50,549 bases of DNA, from contig CAUYYU010000001.1 of NCBI GenBank assembly GCA_963577415.1, positions 1 through 50,549 on the forward strand. Direction: 5' to 3'. Under the pieces are notes generated by a model. It saw nothing but the letters and a program-made list of their open reading frames with translations. It was not told the origin of the DNA and did no database searches. Each line of letters starts with the position of its first letter. The stretch's first letter is position 1. Positions 38,076-47,389 of the stretch are shown here, piece by piece. The position numbers and the translations under genes are program-made. Source of the DNA: Chloroflexota bacterium. Its GTDB lineage: Bacteria; Chloroflexota; UBA11872; VXNJ01.

Positions 38076-39463
38076 ATCCAGCCGATGCGCTCGGGGCCCC
38101 AGTCGGTGCTGAAAACCGTGTCGTCGAACACCTTCAGCAGCAGGTCCAGCTTGCGCTCGCGATGGTCATGGTCGTCCCAGAGGTTCACGAATTCGCCCGG
38201 GTCGTTGACCAGATCGTAAAGCTCGCCCAGGCCGTGCCCATGGTAGACGTTCAGTTTCCAGCGGCCGTCGCGGATCATGCTGGCGAACGTGTCGTCGCCC
38301 AGCTCGGCGATGGCGGCCCGGTACTCGGAGCGCACGAAGTCGCGATGGCGTTCCGGGGGATCGTCCTCGGCCAGGATCGGCAGCAGCGACATGCCGTGCA
38401 TGTGCGCTGGCACCGGTAGCCCGGCCAGCTCCAACAGCGTCGGCGCGATGTCGGTGAGCTCCACCAGGGCGTCGCTGCGGCGCCCCTGCGCCACCGTGCC
38501 CGGCAGCGCGAAGATGAGCGGCACCCGCACCATCCCCTCCATGAACCGGCAGCCCTTCTCCACCAGGCCGTGATCGCCCAGCGACTCGCCGTGGTCACTG
38601 GTGAAAATAACAAGCGTGTTCTCCAGCTGACCCCGCTCCTCGATGGCGTCCAGTAGACGGGCAAACTGGTCGTCGATGAGCTCGATCATGGCGTAGTACT
38701 GGGCCTGGATGACCTTCGCGTCCATCTCCTCCGGCGTGCTCGGGTAGTTCTGAAAATCGACCCCGGCGTCGGCGAGCTTCTTCTGCTGCTCCAGGTCGGA
38801 GTCACGCCAGAGCGGGCCCGGCAGAGTGTCTGGATCGAAGCGCTCGAAATATTCCCGTGGCGGGTTGAACGGCGGGTGCGGATAGTAAGGATTCACGCTC
38901 AGCATCCACGGCCCGTTGCGTTCTTGATCCAGGAATTCGATGCAGGCGGCCGTCGCCCAGGTGGTCTGGTGATACTCGGCCGGGACGTTGTCGGGACTGG
39001 CGAGCATGGTCTTCAGATCCTGACCCCTCTCCTTGAGCCAATCCACGTAGGCGTGGCCCTCTTCCCAGTCGTCACGCGGCGCGTGGCTGTAGGCGAAGTA
39101 GCGATAACCGTCCTCGGCCCGCGGTTCGACTCCCGCCTCGGCGCTGGCCAGGTGGAGTTTGCCCACCAGCCCGCAGTCGTAACCGGCGTCGGCCAGCAGC
39201 TTCGTGACCATCGGATAGTCCTCGGGCATGTAGGCGATGCCGTTGCCGTTGGCGCGGATGGTCGATGGGTACATGCCGGTGAGGAAGCTCGCCCGGCTCG
39301 GGGTGCAGATGGGATTCTGGCAATAGGCGTGGGTGAAAGCGACGCCGCGCTCGACCAAGGCATCCACCGTGGCCGTGTGCACGTGCGTGTTGCCCAGCGC
39401 GCCGATGGTGTCGTATCTCTGCTGATCGGTGCAGTACCACAGTATGTTGGGTCGGTCAGCCAC
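38072..39463 (-). CDS. arylsulfatase (type I, formylglycine-dependent)
   Basis: PNILWYCTDQQ, CTPSR, SDHGE and YYPHPPF. GTG start. Confidence 0.9.
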   Translation of the reverse strand: MADRPNILWYCTDQQRYDTIGALGNTHVHTATVDALVERGVAFTHAYCQNPICTPSRASFLTGMYPSTIRANGNGIAYMPEDYPMVTKLLADAGYDCGLVGKLHLASAEAGVEPRAEDGYRYFAYSHAPRDDWEEGHAYVDWLKERGQDLKTMLASPDNVPAEYHQTTWATAACIEFLDQERNGPWMLSVNPYYPHPPFNPPREYFERFDPDTLPGPLWRDSDLEQQKKLADAGVDFQNYPSTPEEMDAKVIQAQYYAMIELIDDQFARLLDAIEERGQLENTLVIFTSDHGESLGDHGLVEKGCRFMEGMVRVPLIFALPGTVAQGRRSDALVELTDIAPTLLELAGLPVPAHMHGMSLLPILAEDDPPERHRDFVRSEYRAAIAELGDDTFASMIRDGRWKLNVYHGHGLGELYDLVNDPGEFVNLWDDHDHRERKLDLLLKVFDDTVFSTDWGPERIGWI

Positions 39464-39543
39464 GGATCTGCCTCCTGGCGGTTTCGCTTACCAGCCTATC
39501 TTGTCGGTGCGGACCAACAGCTTGCGGCAACGACTCAGAAAAA

Positions 39544-39582
39544 GCCATCGCGGATGGCCATCGAGGATGGCCGTCGTGGAGG
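39544..39582. repeat. three tandem 13-bp repeats (GCCATCGCGGATG / GCCATCGAGGATG / GCCGTCGTGGAGG)
   Basis: Read directly in the divergent intergenic region between the sulfatase (-) and GT-C (+) genes. The unit length is not a multiple of 3. Confidence 0.65.
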
Positions 39583-39701
39583 CCGCCTTGCTACCCTTGG
39601 GCCCGTGCATGTGAGCAGGCAAAATACCGGGCCGGGCTTGCCCGACCTCCACGGACCCGGGTCCCAAGGATCCTCGCCGCCGACACCGTCCGGGCGCAAC
39701 C

Positions 39702-41390
39702 ATGACTAGCGGATCGTCCCCCGCCAGACGCGCCCCTTTGCTGGTGGTGCTGGTCGCCGCCGTGGGAGCCGGTCTGCTGCTCGCCACCTGGCTGCACGGT
39801 CGCTCGCTGCCCTGGGAGGCCCCGCTGGGCTGGCTGACCACCGCCGGTCTCGGGGCCGTCGCCACGGCGGGCGCCTATGTGGCGGTCACGGTCTCCATCT
39901 CTTTCTTCGCCCGGATGCCGGTGACCAGCTCCGCCGCCGCCGCCGCTCGCCCCCTGTTTCCCTTGCTGCTCTTCTGGCCCCTGCTGCTGGCGATCTACCT
40001 CTCCGACGATTTCAACCACCGCGTCGCCAACACCATCAGCTCCGGCTGGCTCTGGGGGATCCCGGTCGCCGCCGCCGTCTTCTGGGCGGTTTTGGCCATC
40101 ACCGCCCGCGTTGACCGCCCCGCCGGCTCAACCGGCACATCCTGGTTGCACAATCTTCGTGGTGGGGACCTGTTCCACAATTCCCTCGGCATGGCCGTCG
40201 TGCAGTTTCTCGCTTTGCGCCTGACCCTTTTGCTGCTCATCACCCCCTGGGGTCTTTTCGAGCGCGGTTCCGATTTCGGCGCCTTCGAGCAACGCGCCCG
40301 ACTCGGCGACGGCGGCCTGCTGCCGTTCCTGGACTACTGGCTCGAATATCCACCGCTGTTTCCCTGGCTGGCGGCGCTGGCCCGCACCCTGGCCGGCGGC
40401 GAGGCCGGCGGTTTTGAGCGCTTCGATATCACTCTCGGGCTGATGCTGCTCGTCTTCGAGACCGGCGCTCTCGTGTTCACCTATCTCATCGCCGAGCGCA
40501 TCCACGGGCGCGATACCGCCTACCGGGTCGCCACTTTCTACACCCTCCTTTTCTTCCCCCTGCATATCGCACGCCGCTCGTTCGAAGCGCTGCCGCTTTT
40601 CTTCGCCATGGGTGGTCTTTATCTCGTGATTCGCCAGCGCCGCCACACCGCCGCCGCCATGTTCGCCTTCGGCTTCATGGCCAAGGTCTTTCCGGCCGTC
40701 CTGATGCTGGTCCTGCTGCGCTCGCGGCGTCTGCGTGAATCCTGGCGCGAGGTCTCCACCTTCACCGCCGCCGCGCTCGTAATCGCCCTGCCGTTGCTCA
40801 TCGCCGGACCTCGCTTTTTATTCGCTTCATACCAGAACATGCTCGCCCGCCCTCCCTGGGAGAGCCTGTGGGCCCTGATTGGCGGCTACTACTCCTTCGG
40901 CTGGGTGCACCGCGTCCGCACGGTGCCGGAGACCGCCACCGAGTTCGCCCAGGGCGTCCCCCTCCCGGCCGCCGCCACCGTGCTACTCGCCGCCCTTCTC
41001 CTGCTCGCCTACGCCTATCTCTTCACCCGCGTGCCGATTCTCAAGAGTTCGCTGGGCATGGTGCGCTTCGCCATCGTCGTGCTGGCTATCTTCGCCATCT
41101 ACCTGAAGGGGTGGAGCCCGCAGTTTACCTTCTGGTTCATTCCGCTGATCCTGCTGGCATACCCGACTCCGAAAGGTTTCCTGATAGCGACCGGCTTCTC
41201 CCTCCTGGCCGTCATCGAGAACCCGGCCTATTTCATCTGGTGGAGCGATTCACCGGCGGCCCTCTGGGCGATAGTCCTCAGCCGGACCGCCGCCTTCCTC
41301 TGGCTGGCCGTAGACCAAATCCGGCTTCTAATTCGCGGCGAGCCGTCGGCGGTCGAACCAGTTCTTGCGGAGGTCGAGGCTGGTGATTAG
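39702..41390 (+). CDS. polytopic membrane protein, GT-C-fold glycosyltransferase-like
   Basis: 562 aa with more than 12 TM segments. The LEYPPLFPW loop motif resembles the DUF2029/PMT-type GT-C families. Confidence 0.65.
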   Translation: MTSGSSPARRAPLLVVLVAAVGAGLLLATWLHGRSLPWEAPLGWLTTAGLGAVATAGAYVAVTVSISFFARMPVTSSAAAAARPLFPLLLFWPLLLAIYLSDDFNHRVANTISSGWLWGIPVAAAVFWAVLAITARVDRPAGSTGTSWLHNLRGGDLFHNSLGMAVVQFLALRLTLLLLITPWGLFERGSDFGAFEQRARLGDGGLLPFLDYWLEYPPLFPWLAALARTLAGGEAGGFERFDITLGLMLLVFETGALVFTYLIAERIHGRDTAYRVATFYTLLFFPLHIARRSFEALPLFFAMGGLYLVIRQRRHTAAAMFAFGFMAKVFPAVLMLVLLRSRRLRESWREVSTFTAAALVIALPLLIAGPRFLFASYQNMLARPPWESLWALIGGYYSFGWVHRVRTVPETATEFAQGVPLPAAATVLLAALLLLAYAYLFTRVPILKSSLGMVRFAIVVLAIFAIYLKGWSPQFTFWFIPLILLAYPTPKGFLIATGFSLLAVIENPAYFIWWSDSPAALWAIVLSRTAAFLWLAVDQIRLLIRGEPSAVEPVLAEVEAGD

Positions 41391-43095
41391 CACCCCCCTT
41401 CGTCGGATCGGTTCGGTCGCGGGCTGGCTCAGCATCCCCGCCACCGGCGCCGCCTTGGCCACCCTGATCGTCGGCCGCACCCTGATCTTCTGGCCGGGCC
41501 TCGATTGGGGTCTGACCTTCCTCGTTTCCACCCTCCTTATCGGTGCCGTCTGGCTGGCCGTCGAGCGTCTAACCGGACCCTGGAGCCGCGCGTACCTGCT
41601 CGCTTCCGGTCTGCCCCTGCTGCTGCTCGCCGACGCCTGGTTGGTGCTCGGATTCGCCTACCTGGACGGCGGTACGAACCATATGCTCGCGGCGAATCTG
41701 CTGCCGGGCAACATGATCGTCGACCCCGATTTGCAGGGCTATCTGGTGCTCAAGTTGGCGGTGCTGGTCGTGGCCCGTCTGCTGGTCCTGTGGTGGGATC
41801 GGGCCGATTCCCCGCCGGCAAGCGACAGCCAGAATCCGGCGGCGCCCGCGTCCACTAACACCTTCCTGCTGCTGATCGTCGTGCTACTCTCCGGACTTTA
41901 CATAAGAACGGGCGTCCTGGATGTTCTAGCGATCGGAGCCCCGTCCGATTTCCGGGTGAATTTCGTCGCCGCCCGAGCGCTGGTCGACGGCCTGAACCCC
42001 TACGACAACGCCGTCGCTCTCGCCGTGGCCGGGCGGGAGGGCATCCCCTACGTCGGCGGCGAAACCTGGACCGTCGTGACCAATCCGCCCACCGCCATGC
42101 CCTTTTTCGCCCTCTTCACCGGACTTTCCTTCGACTCCGCCCGAGTGGCCTTTCTCTTCACCAACCAGTTCCTCCTGCTGATCACCGGCGTCTTGCTATA
42201 CCGCCTCGCCCGACCGGCGCGCTCCTTGCTCTGGCTCGCTTTCATGCTGGTGCTGGCGGTGGCGTTCGAGCCTCTGCTGGCCGCCCTTCGTCTCGGACAG
42301 GTGGATATCCTCATCGCCCTGCTCCTGAGCGTCGCCGTGCTGGCCCAGAGACGCCGGCTGGGGTGGCCCGCCGGCGCCGCCGTGGGCCTGGCCGCCGCCT
42401 TCAAACTAGCCCCCGCTCTCCTCGTCCTGTATTTCGTGTGGCGGCGCGACTGGCGAGCCGTGGGCGGCATGGCCGTCGCCGGTCTTGTTGCCGTGGCAAT
42501 CTCGCTGGCGTTCGCCGGCACATCCATCTGGGGTTCCTACCTCACCGAACGTCTGCCAGATCTGCTGGCGGGGACCGGCCTCTGGAACAATCTTTCCCTG
42601 CCCGGTCTGGTGAACCGCTACGCCCTCGGCCCCTCGCAGGCGTTGTCTTACTGGGGGACTTTGCCGTCGATCCCGCTGGCCAGTTCCCTGGGATATTTCG
42701 CCTCCGCCGCCGTGCTGGTGGTGACCGCCACCTCGCTTCGCCGCCGTCCGCCGCTCGCCCTGAGCTTCGGCCTGGCCACTGCCGCCCTGCTCTTGATTTC
42801 CGGCGTGACGTGGCCGCATTACACCCTCTGGCTCCTGCCGGTTAGCGCCTGGCTCGCCGCCGGCCGCGGCTGGCCTGACGGCCGCCGTCGCCGCCGCCTC
42901 GCCGGTGCGCTTTTCGGACTCGGGGCCCTCCTGATATCCCTGCCGCTGCCCGCCTATCAGCCGCTGCTCGGCGATCTCTACGCGACCTCCGTCACCATCA
43001 TGTCGGTCCGCAATCTCGGGCTGCTGGCCGTCTTCGGCGCTCTGGTCTTACTCAGCCGGTCCTCCCCGCCGGATCAGCTAAAATTGAATCGATAG
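41365..43095 (+). CDS. GT87/DUF2029-like membrane glycosyltransferase
   Basis: 576 aa, polytopic. NPYD...TNPPTAMPFF and AAFKLAPALLVLYF are typical of DUF2029. Overlaps the upstream gene by 26 nt. Confidence 0.7.
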   Translation: MRRSRLVISTPLRRIGSVAGWLSIPATGAALATLIVGRTLIFWPGLDWGLTFLVSTLLIGAVWLAVERLTGPWSRAYLLASGLPLLLLADAWLVLGFAYLDGGTNHMLAANLLPGNMIVDPDLQGYLVLKLAVLVVARLLVLWWDRADSPPASDSQNPAAPASTNTFLLLIVVLLSGLYIRTGVLDVLAIGAPSDFRVNFVAARALVDGLNPYDNAVALAVAGREGIPYVGGETWTVVTNPPTAMPFFALFTGLSFDSARVAFLFTNQFLLLITGVLLYRLARPARSLLWLAFMLVLAVAFEPLLAALRLGQVDILIALLLSVAVLAQRRRLGWPAGAAVGLAAAFKLAPALLVLYFVWRRDWRAVGGMAVAGLVAVAISLAFAGTSIWGSYLTERLPDLLAGTGLWNNLSLPGLVNRYALGPSQALSYWGTLPSIPLASSLGYFASAAVLVVTATSLRRRPPLALSFGLATAALLLISGVTWPHYTLWLLPVSAWLAAGRGWPDGRRRRRLAGALFGLGALLISLPLPAYQPLLGDLYATSVTIMSVRNLGLLAVFGALVLLSRSSPPDQLKLNR

Positions 43096-43104
43096 GAGGC
43101 CGCC

Positions 43105-43344
43105 ATGGCACGCGTCCGCGTCAAATTTTCATACAGCGTCGAAAAAGTCAGCCTGCCGGTCATCGACACTGTGTCCAAGCGCTTCAACCTGGTCGGCAAT
43201 ATCCGCCGCGCCGACGTGCAGGATCACAGCGGCTGGGTCGTGCTTCAGCTTGACGGCGAGCAGGACGACATCGATGCCGGTCTCGACTGGGTCCGCGAAC
43301 AGGGCGTCATCGTCGATCCGGTGGAAGGTGACATCGTTCAGTAG
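43105..43344 (+). CDS. stand-alone NIL-domain protein
   Basis: 79 aa, preceded by AGGAGG. The pattern VKFSY..V.LPVIDTVSKRFNLVGNIRRADV...GWVVLQLDG...GLDWVREQGVIVDPV matches the MetN C-terminal NIL domain. Confidence 0.75.
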   Translation: MARVRVKFSYSVEKVSLPVIDTVSKRFNLVGNIRRADVQDHSGWVVLQLDGEQDDIDAGLDWVREQGVIVDPVEGDIVQ

Positions 43345-43378
43345 CTTCGTTTTTTTGGCCTACCTGACCCGGATGCTT

Positions 43379-43394
43379 CGCGCCATCGCGCCAT
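43379..43394 (+). repeat. 8-bp tandem duplication (CGCGCCAT x2)
   Basis: Read directly, just downstream of ATG 43373. It shifts the frame relative to the deacetylase ORF. Confidence 0.9.
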
Positions 43395-43488
43395 CGCGCT
43401 CACGCTGATTTTTGTCCCCGCTACCCGTTCGCCGGGTCAGACCGACTCCGGTGAAGACGGCGCTCACCTTCCGGCCGTCGCCTTCGAA

Positions 43489-44712
43489 TTGCTGGTTGCC
43501 TACCAGCGGCTTGGCGGCGAGGACTCCCTGGGACCCCCCATCGCTCCCCCGGCCTACCACGGCGACGATCTCATCCAGTATTTCAGTCGCGGGCGACTCG
43601 ACCTCGTCGGCCGAAGCTCGGCCGCTCCGTTCGCCTCCGTCGTCATCGCCGAGCTCGGCGTCCTGCTGGCCGACGCCACCGGCCAGCGCGCCCAACCGGC
43701 GTTCATTGCCCCCGACTACCTGCCCCGATCCGGCGAGCCGACCTATTTCGCCGCCACCGGGCACACCCTCAGCCCTGAGCTACACGATTTCTGGCGTGAG
43801 CGCGGCGGACTGGAACGCTTCGGCCCGGCCATATCCGGCGCCATCACCGGGCGCCGGCGCGTCGTCCAGTGGTTCACCCGCGCCCGGCTCGAACGCACCG
43901 TAGCCAAAGACGGCAGGCCCTCCGTTGTCGTCGCCGATCTCGGGCGTGAGTTCATGGAGCTGCCCGCCGAGCTGCGCTGGGACCTGCAGTATCTGCCCGA
44001 ATCCGATCCGGTCGCCGATCCGTCCACCGGCCTCGACGTGCCAATCGTCTACTACCACCAGGTGCTCAACGAGGCGCTGTTCGAGCGGCAGATCAACGGA
44101 CTGCTCGACGCCGGCTACGAGCCCGTCCCCCTCGCCCGGCTGGTCCGCGCCCTGAACGGCCAGGCCGCGCTTCCGACGAGACCATTGGTCCTGACGTTTG
44201 ACGATGGTTGGGAGTCGCAGCTGCGAGTCTCCCTACCGGTCCTAACGAGATACCGCGTACCGGCGACCTTCTTTGTCATGCCCGGATTCGACGAAAAGGA
44301 GCCCGGGCATCTCGACTTCGCTGGATTTGAAGCTCTCGCCGCCGCCGGCATGAGCGTCCAGTCACACACCGTCAACCACGCCGATCTTCCCCGCCTGATC
44401 GCCAGCGACCTCGGCGCCGCACAGGCCGAGGTCGCTGAATCCAGGGACGTTCTCACCGCGCTCGGCGGACGCGATCACTTCGCCTACCCTTACGGCGCCC
44501 TGGACGCCGCCAGCGAAGACCTGGTCCGCTCCACCGGCTATCTGGCCGCCGTATCCACCAATATCGGCCGCCTCCACTTCCCCGACGAGCTCTTCCACCT
44601 GAAACGCATCCAGCTCAACCCCTCCGCCAGCATCCAGACCGTTCTGGATGCCTTTGCGCGCGCCCTCGATGTCGATCCTCGAAAGGATGACGCCGCCGGC
44701 TCTCTCTCCTAG
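43489..44712 (+). CDS. polysaccharide deacetylase (NodB homology) with N-terminal LGFP-like repeats; the 5' end is apparently frameshifted
   Basis: LTFDDGWESQ, ATFFVMPG and VQSHTVNH. The first canonical start in frame is TTG 43489, but the frame is open back to 43345 and encodes a signal-anchor-like helix (AIALTLIFVPA). Confidence 0.8.
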   Translation: MLVAYQRLGGEDSLGPPIAPPAYHGDDLIQYFSRGRLDLVGRSSAAPFASVVIAELGVLLADATGQRAQPAFIAPDYLPRSGEPTYFAATGHTLSPELHDFWRERGGLERFGPAISGAITGRRRVVQWFTRARLERTVAKDGRPSVVVADLGREFMELPAELRWDLQYLPESDPVADPSTGLDVPIVYYHQVLNEALFERQINGLLDAGYEPVPLARLVRALNGQAALPTRPLVLTFDDGWESQLRVSLPVLTRYRVPATFFVMPGFDEKEPGHLDFAGFEALAAAGMSVQSHTVNHADLPRLIASDLGAAQAEVAESRDVLTALGGRDHFAYPYGALDAASEDLVRSTGYLAAVSTNIGRLHFPDELFHLKRIQLNPSASIQTVLDAFARALDVDPRKDDAAGSLS

Positions 44713-45563
44713 CCGCCCGGCGCCGGAAACGCCACGCCTATCGCTCCCGGACCCGTGTGCGCCCCGATCACCGCCCCGATTTCCGTCACGTACCAGCGCC
44801 CGACTTCGAACTCGGCATCGATCCGATCCTTGATCGCCATCGCCAGGTCCTTGTCCGTGGAGTACAGCATCCCGGCGTACGCCAGCCGTCCATCACCCGC
44901 TTCGTCGTGGAGGTAGCGGACGATCCGATCCGTCGCCTTACGCACCGACCGCGCCCGGTCCAGCGGCTCAATGACGCCGTTCATGACGTGCAGGATCGGC
45001 TTCACCTTCAGCAACGACCCTAGAAACGCCTGCGCCGCCCCAATCCTGCCCCCTCGTTTCAGGTATTCGAGCGTGTCGAGCAGAAAACATATCCGCCCCC
45101 GCGGAATCCAGTCGTTCACCTCGCTCAGAATCGCCTCCACCCCTACCCCGTCCCGCGCCCGCTCCGCCGCCATCACCACCAGGGAACCCAACCCCATGCT
45201 GATCAGCCGGCTGTCCACCACATGCACTGGCGTCTCCACCTCGTCACCGCCCACCGCCAGCGTCGCCGACTCGACCGTGCCCGACAGATCCGACGAGAGG
45301 TGGATCGAGATAATCTCATCCGCGTCCGCCGCAATCCCCTGGTACGCCTCGACGAACTCGCCGGGGCTCGGCTGCGACGTCGAAGGATGGTTCGGGTCCA
45401 CCGTGAGCCGGTGATAAAATTCCGCGTTCGTTATGTTCCCCCCTTCACGCAGCGCTTCAGCGCCAAACCGCACGATCAAGGGCACCACCGTGATACCGAG
45501 TTCTTGGATTATTTCCTCGGGCAGATCGGCGGTGCTGTCGGTAACTATTCGGATCCCGGCCAT
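44709..45563 (-). CDS. DegV family fatty-acid-binding protein
   Basis: Start set at ATG 45561-45563, preceded by AGGAG. IRIVTDSTADLP, TSQPSPGEF and HLSSDLSGT. Confidence 0.9.
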   Translation of the reverse strand: MAGIRIVTDSTADLPEEIIQELGITVVPLIVRFGAEALREGGNITNAEFYHRLTVDPNHPSTSQPSPGEFVEAYQGIAADADEIISIHLSSDLSGTVESATLAVGGDEVETPVHVVDSRLISMGLGSLVVMAAERARDGVGVEAILSEVNDWIPRGRICFLLDTLEYLKRGGRIGAAQAFLGSLLKVKPILHVMNGVIEPLDRARSVRKATDRIVRYLHDEAGDGRLAYAGMLYSTDKDLAMAIKDRIDAEFEVGRWYVTEIGAVIGAHTGPGAIGVAFPAPGG

Positions 45564-45578
45564 GGCGACTCCTGCTAA

Positions 45579-45824
45579 GTGGCGGCTTCCTTCAGACAAT
45601 ACCAAGAAAGAGGCTCCGATTCCTTGGCCAGCGTGATCTTCAAGGTACAACTCGCCCTCTTGGCGTTGGCCGTCCTCTTCCTCGCATACGTCGCCCTCAC
45701 CGTGATTTTCTGGGGCTACATGGCCTGGCTGCTCGCCGCGCTATACGTCCTGGCCGCCGCTCTCGCCGTCATCCTGGGAGTGGGATTCGGCATCTACATC
45801 TTCGTGCGGCGCGGCCGTCTCTGA
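45579..45824 (+). CDS. small two-TM membrane protein (hypothetical)
   Basis: Hydrophobic 81-aa ORF between DegV and recF. The start is uncertain (GTG 45579 or TTG about 45624 after AGAGG). Confidence 0.4.
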   Translation: MAASFRQYQERGSDSLASVIFKVQLALLALAVLFLAYVALTVIFWGYMAWLLAALYVLAAALAVILGVGFGIYIFVRRGRL

Positions 45825-45836
45825 GGCGCCCGGTCC

Positions 45837-46958
45837 ATGTATTGCAAAAGCCTGGAGCTGCTCGACTTTCGCAATTTCGCCGGATTGTTCCTTGATTTTC
45901 CCGACGGCCCCATCGCCGTCCTCGGCCGCAACGCCCAGGGCAAATCCAATCTTCTCGAGGCCCTCCTGGCCCTGGCCTCCGGCCGCGGCCGGTCCCACCG
46001 GCTCCTGTCCGAGCTGATCCTCACCGCCGGCGGTCGGCCCCGACCGTTCGCCCGCATCCGCGCCGAAATCGCCGCTCGCGATCGCCAGACCCGGCTCGAA
46101 CTCGTCTTCGCGTTCGCGCCCGACGCCGATGGCGAGCCCGGCCGGCGCGCCTCCCGCCGCGTCGTCGTCGACGGCAAGCCCCGCCGCGTCTCCAGCCTGC
46201 TCGGCCACCTGAACGCCGTACACTTTTCCCCGGACGACATCGACCTCCTCGCCGGCTCGCCCGCCGAACGCCGCCGCTTCCTCGATGTGTCCATTTCGCA
46301 GGTCGACCCGAATTACGTCCGCGATCTGGTCGACTACAGCCGGGTAGTTTCCCAGCGAAATGCCCTTCTGCGTGATCTGCGGGAGCGCCGCGGAGCCGCC
46401 GAACCCCTCGATTTCTGGGACGGCAAGTTGATCGAGTTCGGCGAACGCCTGGTCCTCGCCCGCCGGCAATTTGTCGAATCGCTCAACCGCGAAGCATCCC
46501 TCGCCTACCGCGAGCTGGCCGGGGACGACGAGTCGCTCTCCGTGGAATATTCAACCGCCGGCGGCGAGTCGCTTTCCTCTCTCGCCGAATTCAGGGCGCG
46601 GGAGATCGAGCGCGGACAAACATTGTTCGGCCCCCATCGCGACGATCTCGAAATCACCATAGACGGGCAGTCCGCCGCCGCCTTCGCCTCCCGCGGCCAG
46701 CAGCGTCTGGTCGTCCTGAGCCTGCGCCTGGCCGAGCTGGAATGGCTGTCCCGCGCCGCCGGCGAAAGTCCCGTTCTACTGCTCGACGATATCTTCTCCG
46801 AACTTGACCCGGGACACCGCGAGGCCGTCATCGCCCGCATCCCCAATACCGCCCAGGTATTCATCACCGCCGCCGACGACGCCCAGGTGCCCGTAAACTT
46901 CAGGGGGCGCGCGGCCGTATTACGAGTAAACGCGGGAAATGCCAACTGGGAATCTTGA
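45837..46958 (+). CDS. recF: DNA replication/repair protein RecF
   Basis: LELLDFRNF, Walker A GRNAQGKSNLLEA, and LLLDDIFSELD. Confidence 0.93.
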   Translation: MYCKSLELLDFRNFAGLFLDFPDGPIAVLGRNAQGKSNLLEALLALASGRGRSHRLLSELILTAGGRPRPFARIRAEIAARDRQTRLELVFAFAPDADGEPGRRASRRVVVDGKPRRVSSLLGHLNAVHFSPDDIDLLAGSPAERRRFLDVSISQVDPNYVRDLVDYSRVVSQRNALLRDLRERRGAAEPLDFWDGKLIEFGERLVLARRQFVESLNREASLAYRELAGDDESLSVEYSTAGGESLSSLAEFRAREIERGQTLFGPHRDDLEITIDGQSAAAFASRGQQRLVVLSLRLAELEWLSRAAGESPVLLLDDIFSELDPGHREAVIARIPNTAQVFITAADDAQVPVNFRGRAAVLRVNAGNANWES

Positions 46959-47298
46959 CTCGCTCCGTGACCTCGAAGCCGAGGCCGGCGGAAATAAGGA
47001 ATGGACCCTGGATCGGCTTGTCGCCGATCTCGTCACCGATCCGTACATGCGAGACGGCCTGGCCCGGGCGGACGTTCTGAATGCCTTTCCCAGGGTCCTG
47101 GAAAGCGTCCTGGGCCCCCGCGCCCGGGTGGCCTGTCGCGCTGTGGCCATCCGCGCCGACGCCCTGATCGTCGAGGCCACCGACAGCATCTGGACTCAGA
47201 AGGTCTCCATGGCGGCCGAGCAACTCCTGGCCGGCCTCGTTGCCGCCGAACTCGCCGCCGCTCCTCGGCAGTTGGAAGTCCGGACCCGCGTAACCTAG
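46939..47298 (+). CDS. DUF721 (DciA-like) protein
   Basis: 119 aa immediately after, and overlapping, recF, which is the usual DUF721 position. The central A..A....L.VE..DS.W...L pattern is present. Confidence 0.7.
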   Translation: MPTGNLDSLRDLEAEAGGNKEWTLDRLVADLVTDPYMRDGLARADVLNAFPRVLESVLGPRARVACRAVAIRADALIVEATDSIWTQKVSMAAEQLLAGLVAAELAAAPRQLEVRTRVT

Positions 47299-47389
47299 CC
47301 CCGTGCGTGCAGACCCCCTCGGCGAGCGCTAAGCTAACCCGGCGCGCGGGCCGTCACCGCTCATCCCCGCGAGCGCCGGGAGTCAGTCC

